This document shows positions 30,411-41,606 of a stretch of 64,000 bases of DNA, in pieces. The DNA is from Roseovarius sp. (GTDB lineage: Bacteria > Pseudomonadota > Alphaproteobacteria > Rhodobacterales > Rhodobacteraceae). The notes under the pieces were generated by a model. It saw nothing but the letters and a program-made list of their open reading frames with translations. It was not told the origin of the DNA and did not search any database. The stretch covers positions 2,078 to 66,077 of the forward strand of contig JAVJTX010000012.1 in assembly GCA_040220035.1 (NCBI GenBank). Reading direction: 5' to 3'. The position numbers and the translations under genes are program-made. The stretch's first letter is position 1; every line of letters starts with the position of its first letter.

Positions 30411-31583
30411 ATGCCAAAGACGCTGCCACCTTTTCAGACGGTCTCGACCGGCTTCGTGGTGGCCATGGTCGGTTTTTTCAGTTCGTTTCCGATTGTGCTG
30501 CAGGGGATCCAGGCCGTTGGCGCCACCCCGGCGCAGGCCGCCTCGGGACTGATGGCCGCCGCCGTGTCGATGGGGCTGGCGGGGATCGCGCTGAGCCTCT
30601 GGACAAGGGCGCCCGTCTCTGTGGCATGGTCGACGCCCGGCGCGGCGCTGCTGGCTGTCACGGCCGCGGTCGAGGCCGGGTTTGCCGGCGCGGTGGCCGG
30701 GTTCCTGACCGCCGGGGCGTTGACGGTTCTGGCCGGGCTCTGGAAGCCGTTGGGCCGGCTGGCCGCGGCGATTCCCACGCCGCTGGCCCACGCGATGCTG
30801 GCGGGTGTGCTGCTGCCGATCTGCCTTGCACCGGTAATGGCGCTGGCCGAATCGCCGGCGATCATCGCTCCGACGGTTCTGACTTGGTTCCTGCTCGGGC
30901 GGATCAATCGCCTGCTGGCGGTGCCCGGCGCCGTGGTGGTGGCCGCCCTGACCATCGCGGTGACCGCCGACCTGTCGGCCTGGTCGCCCGGCGCGCTGCT
31001 GAAAGCGCCCGAGATCGTCCTGCCAGAGTTCTCTCTACCGGCCGTGATCGGCATCGGCATCCCACTGTTCATCGTCACAATGGCGACGCAGAACATCCCC
31101 GGCATCGCGGTGATGCGCAGCTTCGACTTCACCCCGCCGCCCGGGCCGCTTTTCGCCTCGGTGGGTGGTTTCTCGATCCTCTCGGCCCCGTTCGGCGCGC
31201 CGGCCACCTGCCTTGCGGCGATCACCGCGGCGATGTGCTCGAACGAGGATTCGCATCCCGATCCCGGCAAACGCTACTGGTCGGCGGTCATGGCGGGCGT
31301 GTTCTATTGCGTCCTCGGCCTCTTTGCCGGGGTGATCACCAGTTTCGCAGGCCTCGCGCCGCCGACGCTGATGGCGTCGGTGGCGGGGGTGGCGCTAGTG
31401 GGTGTGTTCGCCGGCTCGGCCACCGCCGCGCTGGAGCCCGAGCGCACGCGCGAAGCCTCGGCGATCACCTTTGTCGTCACGGCCTCGGGTGTCACCGTCT
31501 TCGGTCTGGGCGGAGCGGTCTGGGGCCTGTTGGCGGGCGGCATCGTGCAGATCCTCCGAGAGATCGGCTGGGGCAAGGGGTAA
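30411..31583 (+). CDS. Benzoate/H+ symporter BenE family transporter
   Basis: AWSTPGAALL, PLFIVTMA.QN.PG, LAAITAA, TF.VTASG. Confidence 0.9.
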   Translation: MPKTLPPFQTVSTGFVVAMVGFFSSFPIVLQGIQAVGATPAQAASGLMAAAVSMGLAGIALSLWTRAPVSVAWSTPGAALLAVTAAVEAGFAGAVAGFLTAGALTVLAGLWKPLGRLAAAIPTPLAHAMLAGVLLPICLAPVMALAESPAIIAPTVLTWFLLGRINRLLAVPGAVVVAALTIAVTADLSAWSPGALLKAPEIVLPEFSLPAVIGIGIPLFIVTMATQNIPGIAVMRSFDFTPPPGPLFASVGGFSILSAPFGAPATCLAAITAAMCSNEDSHPDPGKRYWSAVMAGVFYCVLGLFAGVITSFAGLAPPTLMASVAGVALVGVFAGSATAALEPERTREASAITFVVTASGVTVFGLGGAVWGLLAGGIVQILREIGWGKG

Positions 31584-31626
31584 ACTGGGTCTTTCCCAGC
31601 GGTCCGGCTTGCGGCATCAAGGCGGC

Positions 31627-32136
31627 ATGACACGGGATGATCTTGTCCTCACGCCGCTCGGCCTGCGTTTTCATGGCCGCCGCTATCCCTGCAGCATCGG
31701 CCGCGGCGGGCTGAGCGTCGACAAGCGCGAGGGCGACGGGGCCACCCCGGTCGGCACTCACCGGATCGTCGGCATGCTGTACCGCCCCGACCGGATGGCC
31801 CGGCCCGCCGTCTGGGCGCGGCCGATCCGGCCGGGAGACCTCTGGTCGGACGATCCGGAGGATGCCGCATATAACCAACTCGTCACCCGGCCCTATGCCG
31901 GATCGCACGAGGTAATGCGCCGGGCTGACCCGCTTTATGACCTCGTGTTGGTGACGGACTGGAACTGGCCGGATGCGATGCCGGGGCGTGGCTCCTGCAT
32001 CTTCCTGCATCGCTGGCGGCGGCGGGGCTATCCGACGGCCGGCTGCGTCGCGTTCCGCCCCGACCACCTGCGCGAGATCGCGGGCGCCATCCGGCCCGGG
32101 GCCCGGCTGATCGTGCGTCCCGGTTCGTTCAGATAG
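31627..32136 (+). CDS. L,D-transpeptidase (YkuD) family protein
   Basis: KREGDGATP.G and GSCIFLH...PTAGCV (H...C catalytic pair). Confidence 0.87.
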   Translation: MTRDDLVLTPLGLRFHGRRYPCSIGRGGLSVDKREGDGATPVGTHRIVGMLYRPDRMARPAVWARPIRPGDLWSDDPEDAAYNQLVTRPYAGSHEVMRRADPLYDLVLVTDWNWPDAMPGRGSCIFLHRWRRRGYPTAGCVAFRPDHLREIAGAIRPGARLIVRPGSFR

Positions 32137-32172
32137 ACGCCACCGCCTAGGCTATCGAGCCGAAAAACCCTG

Positions 32173-32823
32173 TCACCCGGTCCGCTCGCCGAAGATCGCG
32201 CTGCCCACGCGAACATGGGTCGCCCCAAAGGAAATCGCCTTTTCGAAATCCCCGCTCATGCCCATCGACAAGCCATCGAGCCCGTTGCGCTCGGCAATCT
32301 TGGCAAGCAGGGCAAAGTGCAGGCTGACCTCCTCGTCCACCGGGGGGATGCACATCAGGCCCTTCACCGGCAGGTCGAGCTTTTTGCACTCGGCGATGAA
32401 GCCATCCGCATCACCGGGCAGGATACCTGCCTTCTGCTCTTCCTCGCCGGTATTGACCTGAATGAACAGGTCGGGGCAGTGCCCCGCTTCCTGTGCCAGC
32501 CGGGCGAGTGTCTTGGCAAGCTTGGGGCGGTCAACGGAGTGGATCGTCTGAAACAAATCGACAGCCTGCCGAGCCTTGTTGGTCTGCAACGGGCCCACGA
32601 GATGCAGGTCGATTCCCTCGAACCGATCCCGGAATTCGGGCCACTTGCCGTCGGCCTCCTGCACGCGGTTCTCGCCGAAACAGCGATGGCCTTCTTCCAG
32701 AACCGCCGCGACCCTCTCGTTTGGCTGTTTCTTGGAGATCGCCACCAGCCGCACGCTTCCTTCGGCGCGGCCGGCCTCGCGTTCCGCGGCGGCGATCCGG
32801 GCTTTGATGGTCTCGAGGCTCAC
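32173..32823 (-). CDS. yggS: YggS/PLPBP pyridoxal-phosphate homeostasis protein
   Basis: LVAISK, FGENRVQE, GPLQTNK, GLMCIPP, SMGMS.D, VRVGSAIFG. Confidence 0.93.
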   Translation of the reverse strand: MSLETIKARIAAAEREAGRAEGSVRLVAISKKQPNERVAAVLEEGHRCFGENRVQEADGKWPEFRDRFEGIDLHLVGPLQTNKARQAVDLFQTIHSVDRPKLAKTLARLAQEAGHCPDLFIQVNTGEEEQKAGILPGDADGFIAECKKLDLPVKGLMCIPPVDEEVSLHFALLAKIAERNGLDGLSMGMSGDFEKAISFGATHVRVGSAIFGERTG

Positions 32824-32983
32824 GGGCAAATCCTTCCCTTGCAACGTTGCTCACAGGTCTGCCACAGGGCGCCCGACTGCACAATCTCTGCCGCAATCTC
32901 GCAAGGGTTTGGCGACGTTGGGGTAAACTCCTTGCCCCGGTCCTTGTCGTTGGATAGTAGAGGGGGGGAAACAGTGACGGGCG

Positions 32984-33472
32984 ATGAAGATGATCCACCT
33001 CCGTTTGAAAACAGCGCTCCTCGTGCTTCTGTGCGCCGGGCTGGTCGCATCGTGCAGCGGTTTCCAGGACACCAAGATTCGCGAAAGCGCGTTCGAAGTC
33101 GAGACAGGGCCGAATGCCGGCAGTGCCGTAGACGATGGCTCGAGCCTTCTCGACATCTTCCGCGATGGCGGTGCGAAGGTGAAGGTGAACCGCTACCTGT
33201 GGACAGCCGCCCTTCAGACGCTCGACTTCCTGCCTGTCCAGAGTGCCGACCCGTTCACCGGCGTCATCACCACCGGATACGGCCGGCCGCCGGGTGGCGG
33301 TCGCGCCTATCGCGCAACAATCCTGATCAGCGATCCGGCATTGGATGCCCGTTCGCTCAACGTCGCCCTGCAAACGCAAAGCGGCCCGGTCAGCGCCGGC
33401 ACCCAGCGTGCGGTGGAGGACGCGATCCTTGCCCGCGCGCGGCAGCTTCGGGTTCAGGCCGGAAAATACTGA
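32984..33472 (+). CDS. DUF3576 domain lipoprotein
   Basis: Lipobox-like VASC; VNRYLW.A.L.TL.F.P..SADPF.GVI.T; AILARARQLR. Confidence 0.85.
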   Translation: MKMIHLRLKTALLVLLCAGLVASCSGFQDTKIRESAFEVETGPNAGSAVDDGSSLLDIFRDGGAKVKVNRYLWTAALQTLDFLPVQSADPFTGVITTGYGRPPGGGRAYRATILISDPALDARSLNVALQTQSGPVSAGTQRAVEDAILARARQLRVQAGKY

Positions 33473-33489
33473 CCGACAGGCTTTGACCG

Positions 33490-34749
33490 TCAGTCGCGCG
33501 GCGGCCCGGGAGGGGCGCTGCGCATGACCGTGTCCACCCACGAAAGCTGGCGCGGCAGACAGGTCTTGTGCAGGTCATACTCGCCGATCATCAGGCGCCG
33601 CGCCGCCTGACCGAGGGCGCGGCGCTGTTCTTCATTCTCGAGCAGCTCGCAGACCTGCGCGACCAGCGCCTCCTGATCGAAGAAATCCACCAGCCGCCCC
33701 GTCTCGCCATCGCGAATCACCTCGCGCACCGGCTCCGTGTCGCTGGCCACGATCGCGGCTTCGCAGCTCATCGCCTCCATCAGGCTCCAGCTCAGCACGA
33801 ACGGGTAGGTCAGGTAGACATGCACCCGGCTGACCTGCAGCAACGACACGAACTGGCTGTAGGGGATGCGGCCGAGGAACTGCACCCGGTTCCAGTCTTT
33901 GCTCGGGATGCGCCCACGGACCTCGTCGATGAAGATCTGCTTCCACGTCTGCCCCTTGGGCGGCTGCGCGCCATAGCTCACTTCGTCGCCGCCGACGATC
34001 AGCACCGTGGCGTTCGGCCGTTCCTTCAGCAGCCGGGGCAGGGCGCGCATGAAGATGTGGTAGCCGCGATAGGGCTCGAGGTTGCGGTTGACGAAGGTGA
34101 TCACCTCGTCATCGCGAGTAATTTTCAGATCGCCGATCTCAAGCCGCACGTCCGGGTTCGGGCGGGCCGTGTCCGTGTCGATCCCGTCATGGCAGACCGT
34201 GATCCTGTCCCGGAACTCGGACGGGAAGGTATCGGCCTGAAACCGAGTCGGGCTGATCCCGGCGGTGGCGGCGGGGAAATGCAGGTGGTTGTTGATGTTC
34301 TTCAACCGGATGCGCAGCGGCTGAAGCTCTGTATCGCCACTGTCGAATTCCGGATCGAAGGCCAGATGCGGATAGCCCGACCGGTGATAGAGCTCGCAAT
34401 AAAGCCCGATGCGGGCCGAGGGCCAGACATCGTGCAGGAACATCGGCTCGCCCCAGCCCGGATGGGCAAGGATCAGATCGGGCACGAACCCGTTGTCGCG
34501 CAGTTTCCGGGCGGCAAGGAAACAGGCCTGCCCGCGCGTGATCTTGCTGTCGAGGTCCAGCAGCCAGGGATGCACCTTCTGCCCGCCCCGGTCGGGCAGG
34601 GCGTAGGGCAGCACCTTCACCCCCTTCCAGGTGGTGGGCTCCTTGACCCGCAAGGTGAGCGAGACGCATTGATGCCCCTTCGATGCCAGCAGTGGTGCCA
34701 GATGCTTGTATTGGCCCGGAAAATTCTGGTGAATGAAAAGGATGTTCAT
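33490..34749 (-). CDS. Glycosyltransferase family 4 protein
   Basis: HQNFPGQY, HPGWGE, RNLEPYRG, YLTYPFVLSWSL.EAM. Confidence 0.9.
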   Translation of the reverse strand: MNILFIHQNFPGQYKHLAPLLASKGHQCVSLTLRVKEPTTWKGVKVLPYALPDRGGQKVHPWLLDLDSKITRGQACFLAARKLRDNGFVPDLILAHPGWGEPMFLHDVWPSARIGLYCELYHRSGYPHLAFDPEFDSGDTELQPLRIRLKNINNHLHFPAATAGISPTRFQADTFPSEFRDRITVCHDGIDTDTARPNPDVRLEIGDLKITRDDEVITFVNRNLEPYRGYHIFMRALPRLLKERPNATVLIVGGDEVSYGAQPPKGQTWKQIFIDEVRGRIPSKDWNRVQFLGRIPYSQFVSLLQVSRVHVYLTYPFVLSWSLMEAMSCEAAIVASDTEPVREVIRDGETGRLVDFFDQEALVAQVCELLENEEQRRALGQAARRLMIGEYDLHKTCLPRQLSWVDTVMRSAPPGPPRD

Positions 34750-34898
34750 CGTAATCGCTGCCCGCTCGTCTTTTTGCCTTTATAGGCCGACGGCTTCCGG
34801 CTGCAAAGACGCGCATTTTTCGCGCCCTCGCTCTGGACGCTCGCGCGCTCTGGCCCTATCACCCCAGAGGATCAGACAGATGCAAGGACGGGCAGGCC

Positions 34899-37463
34899 AT
34901 GTCGCGCTATTCCGCCGCCGAAATCGAAGCCAAGTGGCAACAGGCCTGGGACAAGGCCGGGGTGTTCCGCGCCGAGCGGTCGCAGGACAAGCCAAAGTAC
35001 TACGTGCTCGAGATGTTCCCGTACCCCTCGGGTCGCATCCACATGGGCCACGTGCGCAACTACACGATGGGCGACGTGATCGCCCGGCACAAGCTGGCCA
35101 CGGGCCACAACGTGCTGCACCCGATGGGGTGGGATGCGTTCGGCATGCCGGCCGAGAACGCGGCAATGGCCAGCGGCGGCCACCCGAAAGACTGGACCTA
35201 TGGCAATATCGCCGACATGCGCGGGCAGATGAAGCCGCTGGGCCTGTCGATCGACTGGAGCCGCGAGTTCGCCACCTGCGACCCGGAATATTACGGCCAG
35301 CAACAGGCGTTGTTCCTCGATTTCCTTGAGAAGGGGCTCGTTTACCGCAAGAACGCCGTCGTGAACTGGGATCCGGTGGACATGACCGTTCTGGCCAACG
35401 AACAGGTGATCGACGGCAAGGGATGGCGTTCGGGCGCTGAGGTCGAACGGCGCGAGCTGACACAATGGTTCTTCAAGATTTCCGACTTCTCGGAAGAGCT
35501 TCTTGAGGCGCTCGGCGGGCTCGATAACTGGCCCGCCAAGGTGCGGCTGATGCAGGAGAACTGGATCGGCAAGTCGCGCGGGCTTCAGTTCAGCTTCGAG
35601 CGCACGGATGGCGGCGAGATCGAGGTGTATACCACCCGGCCCGACACGCTTCTGGGGGCGTCCTTCATCGGCATTTCGCCCGATCATCCGCTGGCCAAGC
35701 AATTGGCGGAGAGCAACCCCGACGTGGCCGCGTTCCGCGCCGAATGCTCGAAGGGCGGTACCACCGAAGAGGCGCTCGAGAAGGCCGAGAAGCTGGGCTT
35801 CGACACGGGGCTGACGGTCAAACACCCGCTCGACCCGAACCGGGATCTGCCGGTCTGGATCGCCAATTTCATCCTGATGGATTACGGTACCGGCGCCATC
35901 TTCGGCTGTCCGGCGCATGACCAGCGCGACCTCGATTTCTGCCGCAAGTACGACCTGCCGGTGATCGATACCTTCTTCGCGATGGATGATGAAACGCCGG
36001 TGGGAACAGAGGCGTTCGTGCCGCCCAAGACCGACAAGGTGAAATGGGTGAACCATTTCACCGGCATCGACGAGGCGACGGGGCAGGAGGCCATCGACGC
36101 CACCATCGACTATGCCGAGAAACATGGCTGGGGCACGGGCGTGACCAAGTTCCGCCTGCGTGACTGGGGGCTTTCCCGCCAGCGCTACTGGGGCTGTCCG
36201 ATCCCCGTGGTGCATTGTGACACCTGCGGCGTGGTGCCGGAGAAGAAGGAGAACCTTCCTGTCGAGCTGCCTTATGACGAGGATGGCAAGCCGATCGACT
36301 TCGCCACCCCCGGCAACCCGCTCGACCGCCACCCGACATGGCGCGATTGCGAATGCCCGAAATGCGGCGCACCGGCGCAGCGCGAGACCGATACGATGGA
36401 CACGTTCGTTGACAGTTCGTGGTATTTCGCCCGCTTCACCGCGCCTCGGGCCGAGACGCCCACGGACATGGCCGAGGCCGGGTACTGGATGAACGTGGAC
36501 CAGTATATCGGCGGCATCGAGCATGCGATCCTGCACCTGCTCTATTCCCGGTTTTTCGCCCGGGCGATGCATATCTGTGGCCACCTGCCCGAAAAGGCGA
36601 TCGAGCCGTTCGATGCGCTCTTTACCCAAGGTATGGTGACGCACGCGATCTATCAGACGAAGGATGACAAGGGCCGCGCCGTCTATCACTTCCCGGAAGA
36701 CGTGGAAGAGGCAGACGGCAACATGCGCCTCAAGGTGACGGGCGAAGTGGTCGAGATCGTGCCATCCGCCAAGATGTCCAAGTCGAAGAAGAACGTGGTC
36801 GACCCGGTCAACATCATCGGGGAATTCGGCGCCGATACCGCGCGCTGGTTCGTCCTCTCCGACAGCCCGCCGGAGAGGGACGTGGAATGGACGGCCGCGG
36901 GTGCGGAGGCCGCGTTCAAGCACCTCAGCCGCGTCCACCGGATCGTGACCGAGGTGACCGACAGCGACGCGCCGGCCAATGCAGAAGCCGACACCGCCCT
37001 GCTGCGGGAGATGCACAAGACCATCCACGACGTGACCGGCGGGGTCGAAAGCTTTGGCTTCAACGCCGCTATCGCCAAGCTCTACGCCTTCACCAACACG
37101 CTGGCCCGCTCGCAGGCCGGTGCGACGGCCAAGCGCGAGGCGGCCCTCGCGCTGGTGCAGCTGATGTCACCGATGACGCCGCACCTGTCGGAGGAACTCT
37201 GGTCATTGCTGGGACAGGACGGGCTTGTCGCTACGGTCACATGGCCCGTGGCCGACGAGGCCATGCTGGTTGACGACACCATCACAATGCCGATCCAGAT
37301 CAACGGCAAGCGCCGCGCCGAGATCGAGGTGCCCAAGGACATGGACAAGGCAGAGGTTGAAAAAGTCGCGCTGTCGAACGATGCTGTCATCAAGTCGCTG
37401 GATGGGGCCCAGCCCAAGAAGGTCATCGTCGTCCCCGGTCGGATCGTGAATGTCGTCGTTTAA
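34899..37463 (+). CDS. leuS: Leucine--tRNA ligase
   Basis: [33 protein letters not shown]. Confidence 0.98.
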   Translation: MSRYSAAEIEAKWQQAWDKAGVFRAERSQDKPKYYVLEMFPYPSGRIHMGHVRNYTMGDVIARHKLATGHNVLHPMGWDAFGMPAENAAMASGGHPKDWTYGNIADMRGQMKPLGLSIDWSREFATCDPEYYGQQQALFLDFLEKGLVYRKNAVVNWDPVDMTVLANEQVIDGKGWRSGAEVERRELTQWFFKISDFSEELLEALGGLDNWPAKVRLMQENWIGKSRGLQFSFERTDGGEIEVYTTRPDTLLGASFIGISPDHPLAKQLAESNPDVAAFRAECSKGGTTEEALEKAEKLGFDTGLTVKHPLDPNRDLPVWIANFILMDYGTGAIFGCPAHDQRDLDFCRKYDLPVIDTFFAMDDETPVGTEAFVPPKTDKVKWVNHFTGIDEATGQEAIDATIDYAEKHGWGTGVTKFRLRDWGLSRQRYWGCPIPVVHCDTCGVVPEKKENLPVELPYDEDGKPIDFATPGNPLDRHPTWRDCECPKCGAPAQRETDTMDTFVDSSWYFARFTAPRAETPTDMAEAGYWMNVDQYIGGIEHAILHLLYSRFFARAMHICGHLPEKAIEPFDALFTQGMVTHAIYQTKDDKGRAVYHFPEDVEEADGNMRLKVTGEVVEIVPSAKMSKSKKNVVDPVNIIGEFGADTARWFVLSDSPPERDVEWTAAGAEAAFKHLSRVHRIVTEVTDSDAPANAEADTALLREMHKTIHDVTGGVESFGFNAAIAKLYAFTNTLARSQAGATAKREAALALVQLMSPMTPHLSEELWSLLGQDGLVATVTWPVADEAMLVDDTITMPIQINGKRRAEIEVPKDMDKAEVEKVALSNDAVIKSLDGAQPKKVIVVPGRIVNVVV

Positions 37464-37938
37464 CCGCCGTCTTTTCCTCTTGTCGGGTGCCGCGCTGGCC
37501 GGCTGCGGGTTCACGCCCGCCTATGGCCCCGGCGGAGCAGCGACGAAGTTGCAGAACGCGGTGCTGGTGGACGCACCCGACAGTCGACCGGGCTATCTTC
37601 TGACCCGCCGGTTCGAGGAACGGCTGGGCCGGGCCGAGCCGGGGCGCTATGCGCTGTCCTACTCGATCCAGATCACCGAGAACGCCATCGCCATCTCGTC
37701 GAACAACGTCATCACACGGTACAACATGCTGGGGCAGGTCACCTTTGCCCTACGCGACATCGACACCGACCGCGTGCTGACCAGCGGCAAGGCCGACAGC
37801 TTCACCAGCTATTCCGCCTCGGGCACCACGGTCGCCACGCAGGCCGCAGAGCGCGATGCGGAAGCGCGGCTGATGACCATCCTGACCGACATGATCATCA
37901 CCCGGCTGACGGCCGAGGCCGCCACCCTTCCGGCATGA
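37450..37938 (+). CDS. lptE: LPS assembly lipoprotein LptE
   Basis: Lipobox LAGC-GF.P.YG; position between leuS and holA. Confidence 0.88.
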   Translation: MSSFNRRLFLLSGAALAGCGFTPAYGPGGAATKLQNAVLVDAPDSRPGYLLTRRFEERLGRAEPGRYALSYSIQITENAIAISSNNVITRYNMLGQVTFALRDIDTDRVLTSGKADSFTSYSASGTTVATQAAERDAEARLMTILTDMIITRLTAEAATLPA

Positions 37939-38960
37939 AACTTTCCCCGCGCGATGCGCCCGGCTATTTCACCCGTCCCGAGACGAACCGGGCGGGCCTT
38001 TTGATCTACGGCACCGATGCCATGCGCGTGGCCATGCGGCGGCAGGAGGTGATCAAGGCGCTGATCGGCCCGCAGGGCGAGGAGGAGATGCGCCTGACCC
38101 GGATGAACGGGGGCGAGTTGCGCAAGGACCCGGCGATGCTGCTTGATGCGGTCAAGGCACAGGGGTTCTTTCCCGGCCCGCGGGTGGCCTTCGTCGAGGA
38201 GGCCAATGACACGGTGGCCGGACCGGTCACAGATGCCTTGTCAGAGTGGCGCGAGGGGGATGCGCAGGTGGTGGTGACCGCCGGGCAGCTCAAGGCCACG
38301 TCGAAGCTGCGCAAGCTGTTCGAGGGGCACAAGAACGCCTATGCCGCCGCGATCTACGACGATCCTCCGTCGCGGGCCGAGATCGAGGGCGTGCTCAAAC
38401 AGGCGGGACTGACCGATATCGGCAACGACGCCATGCGCGACCTGACGGCCTTGTCGCGGGAACTCGACCCGGGCGATTTCCGCCAGACGGTCGAGAAACT
38501 GTCGCTCTACAAGCTCGACGACGACCAGCCCGTCGGCCCCGAGGATGTCGCCGCCTGTGCGCCCGCCTCGACGGAGGCGGAGATGGACGACGTGCTGCAT
38601 ATCGTGGCGGAGGCCCGGCCCGGCGAGATCGGGCCGGTGATGAAACGCCTGCGCGCACAGGGGGTTCAGCCCGTGGGGCTGTGCATGGCCGCCTCGCGCC
38701 ATTTCCGCACGCTCTACGCCGCCGCGTCCGACCCGAACGGGCCAGCGCAGGGCATCGCCCGGGTGCGCCCGCCGGTCTTCGGGCCGCGGCGGGACCGGAT
38801 GCAGCGGCAGGCGCAGGCCTGGGGGGCGGCCAAGCTGGAGGAGGCGGTGACATTGCTGACCGACACCGACCTGCGGCTGCGCTCGGCTGGGCAGACGGCG
38901 CCGGACATGGCGCTGGTGGAACGCACGCTGATCCGGCTGGCGATGATGGTGCGGCGTTGA
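37935..38960 (+). CDS. holA: DNA polymerase III subunit delta
   Basis: LIYG.D, SKLRKLFE, EKL.LY, RPPVFGPRR; conserved synteny. Confidence 0.92.
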   Translation: MKLSPRDAPGYFTRPETNRAGLLIYGTDAMRVAMRRQEVIKALIGPQGEEEMRLTRMNGGELRKDPAMLLDAVKAQGFFPGPRVAFVEEANDTVAGPVTDALSEWREGDAQVVVTAGQLKATSKLRKLFEGHKNAYAAAIYDDPPSRAEIEGVLKQAGLTDIGNDAMRDLTALSRELDPGDFRQTVEKLSLYKLDDDQPVGPEDVAACAPASTEAEMDDVLHIVAEARPGEIGPVMKRLRAQGVQPVGLCMAASRHFRTLYAAASDPNGPAQGIARVRPPVFGPRRDRMQRQAQAWGAAKLEEAVTLLTDTDLRLRSAGQTAPDMALVERTLIRLAMMVRR

Positions 38961-39006
38961 GGCGGGCGAATCAGGGTTAATGAACCGAAATTGCTTGATT
39001 TTCCAT

Positions 39007-39056
39007 GTCGGTACCGCGTCGGTATAACGTCGGTATTTGGTCGGTGTTTTTTCGGT
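39007..39056 (+). repeat. 11-bp-period GTCGGT tandem array, copy 1 (5 units)
   Basis: GTCGGT at 39007, 39018, 39029 and 39040; TTCGGT at 39051. Confidence 0.8.
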
Positions 39057-39120
39057 GGGGGCCCTGGTTAACGCAACGTGCGCTGGACAGGGGGAGAACG
39101 GCGGGGCAGGCTTCACGGCG

Positions 39121-40320
39121 ATGGTAGAGATCGCGGATATCAAGGATCGGGAGAGCCTGGAGGCGTGGCTGGAGGGTCAGCCGCGCGAGGTGGCTGTCTG
39201 GATCGCGTTGCGGGCGGCGGCACGGGTTCTGCCGGTGTGGTGGGACGCGGCGCTGACCGAGGAGTGGGCGCACGAACGTGATTTGACGGCCCTGCCGGTT
39301 TTGCGCAGCGTGCTGATATCCTCGGTTGCGATGGTAGGATCAGCGGAGGAGATCAAATCAACCACCGCCGTCCGCGCTGCCGCTCGCTCCACCGCCACCG
39401 CTCGCGCTGTCGCCGCCCGCGCTGCCGCAACGGAGGATAGCGAAGCCGCCGCTGCCCACGGTGCCGCCAGCGCTGCCAACGCCGTTGAGGCGGCAGCACG
39501 CGCGTGCCTGACCCGTGCTGCTGTAGCTTACGCTCCTCGGGCCACCGCCGCCGCCGCCCACGCCACTACCTACGCCTCCCGAGCAGGCGCCGCCCTCTGG
39601 ACTGGTGTCAATGAGGATGCAAAACAGGTGGCAGAGGATGGCATCTCGGGCGCCTTGGCGCTGTGACCGGAGGGTAAGGGGCCGCTGGCGAAGGAATGGA
39701 GCCTGATCAAGTCACAGCTCTCGAAGTCGTCTGATATTGTCGCGTGGGAATTTTGGATAGATTGGTACGACGCCTTGCTCGACGGTCGCCCCATGCTGGG
39801 TGATGCGGCGCGCACATGGGAGATGTTGGAGAAGATCGCCTTGATTGATGCCGCGACATGGGACGGGGGGCCGGAGGCGGTGAACCCAGTGATCCGGGAG
39901 ATCTGGGAGCTTTACCGGTTGCGGGTCGAGGTGGCGGCATTGCGGGCAGAGAAGGAGCGGTTGCTGGAGGGCAGGGCATCCACCGAGGCGCGGTCGCACA
40001 ATCAGCCGCCGGAACTGGTTGAAACCGAGCCGGAGATGGCGCGGCAGGTCGAGGTGATCTGGGCCGGGCTGGACGCGGCGCAGGATGAGCTTGAGCAGGA
40101 GTTGCCGGACAAACACTTGCTGCAAGGCATCGCCGAGAAAATTCTGGCCGCCCTCAAGGCGGTTGCCGGGTATTGTGCAAAGGTGGGCGATACGGTCGTT
40201 ATGTCGGCTGCCAAGGTCGGCGGAGGCACGGTCGGCACCGCTATCCTGGATCACGTCGCCAATAATGGCCGACTGCTACAGTTTGCGAAAGATCTTTTGC
40301 AGTATGCCGTCAGCGGGTGA
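39121..40320 (+). pseudogene. Ala-rich hypothetical protein gene split by an in-frame TGA at 39664-39666
   Basis: ORFs 39037-39666 and 39775-40320 are in the same frame; reading continues L*PEGKGPLAKEWSLIK...WEFWIDWYDALLDGRP with no further stop. Confidence 0.7.
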
Positions 40321-40393
40321 TGCGGCACAGGTGTCGGGATTGTAAGTTGTACACATCCGACCCATTGACCCTTTTGGCATTGATCGCACGCCC

Positions 40394-41590
40394 CTAACCC
40401 ACCTCCACCGGCGCCCGCCGAGCCGCTAGCGCCAACCCCGCGAAGATCACCACGCCAACGAGCACCGACCAGCCCAGCACAGTCTGGATATCGGGGTGGT
40501 GCATGTCGTCCGGCCCGGTCAATGCACGGGAAACGAGGTAGAGGGTGCCTGCGAAGGCGAGGCGTCCGCAGAAGCTTTGCAGGGACAGGTAGGTGGCCCG
40601 CCCGCCATTGGTCAGAAGCGTCTGGACGCGGGCGAGGAGGAAGGGGCGGGAGAGCGCGTCTGGCACCATTCGCAGGAACAGGATGGCGATGACGATGACC
40701 GAGTCGCTGAGGGCGAGGATGCCGCAGAGGGCGATCTGCATGGCGAAGGCCAGCAGCAGGATGGCGGAAAGGCCGAAGCGGGCTCTCAGGCGTGGGGCGA
40801 AGAGGGAGGCGAGGACCGAGATCACCATCATCGCGGAGGTGACCCCGCCGCTGACCACCGGCGCCTCGGTGGCGAGGCCTGCCTTGGTGAGGGCGTCGAG
40901 AATGAAGGGCTGGCCGAAGACGAAGGGCAGGTGGCTAAAGCCGTACATGGCCACGCTGAGGGCGAAGAGCCAGGCCAGAACGGGATTGCCGAGGGCGCCG
41001 CGCAGGGTGGCAAGTTGGGAGAGCGGTGTGGCTTCGTCGATTTCCTGTGGCGGTTCGCGGAAGGCCAATGCGAGCGCCAGAACGACCAGCCCGGCAAGCG
41101 TGCCGGCCCAGAAGGGGGCGGTGATGTCGGCCCGGTAGAGCAGGCCGCCGGTAAAGGCCGAGAGGGCGAGCGCCGCGAAGGAAAAGCGCCAGGCTGTGAG
41201 TTCTTGGTGTTCGACCTCGGCCTCGCGGTCGGCGGCGGCGAGGGATTCGTAGAGGAGGGCGCTGTCGGTGCCGGAGGAAAAGGCCATCGCGGCGCCGATC
41301 AGTATCTGTGCCGCGCAAAGCAGGAGAAAGCTGTCGCCCATGGCCAACAAGGCCGCCCCACCGACACCGGTCAGCCCTGATGCAATCAACGTGGCACGGC
41401 GGCCGAGCCTGTCGGACATCCAGCCCGAGGGCACTTCGAGCGCCGTGGTCGCCACGTCGTATACCGCGTAGAGCAGCACCGCCTCGGCGGGCGACAGGGT
41501 GTTCTGGAAGTACAGGAACCAGATGGCCTGCCAGAAGACCAGGCCCTGGAAAAAGCGGAACCAGCGGTAGAGGCGGATGTTCCGCGCCAT
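40394..41590 (-). CDS. MFS transporter
   Basis: LEVPSG.MSDRLGRR motif A, SG.DSALLYESL; about 12 TM segments. Confidence 0.88.
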   Translation of the reverse strand: MARNIRLYRWFRFFQGLVFWQAIWFLYFQNTLSPAEAVLLYAVYDVATTALEVPSGWMSDRLGRRATLIASGLTGVGGAALLAMGDSFLLLCAAQILIGAAMAFSSGTDSALLYESLAAADREAEVEHQELTAWRFSFAALALSAFTGGLLYRADITAPFWAGTLAGLVVLALALAFREPPQEIDEATPLSQLATLRGALGNPVLAWLFALSVAMYGFSHLPFVFGQPFILDALTKAGLATEAPVVSGGVTSAMMVISVLASLFAPRLRARFGLSAILLLAFAMQIALCGILALSDSVIVIAILFLRMVPDALSRPFLLARVQTLLTNGGRATYLSLQSFCGRLAFAGTLYLVSRALTGPDDMHHPDIQTVLGWSVLVGVVIFAGLALAARRAPVEVG

Positions 41591-41606
41591 CGACGCGGGC
41601 AAGCGG

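Noticed and set aside
39007-39056. CRISPR array interpretation of the GTCGGT repeats
   Set aside because: Repeat (6 bp) and spacer (5 bp) are far too short; no cas genes in the window.
38960-39120. Replication origin at the C-to-G skew change after holA
   Set aside because: No TTATCCACA-like DnaA-box cluster or long AT-rich unwinding region, and GGGCAGGG polarity is the same on both sides.
39664-39720. Selenocysteine recoding at the in-frame TGA
   Set aside because: No convincing bacterial SECIS hairpin, and the L*P context in a Trp-rich protein points to Trp rather than Cys/Sec.
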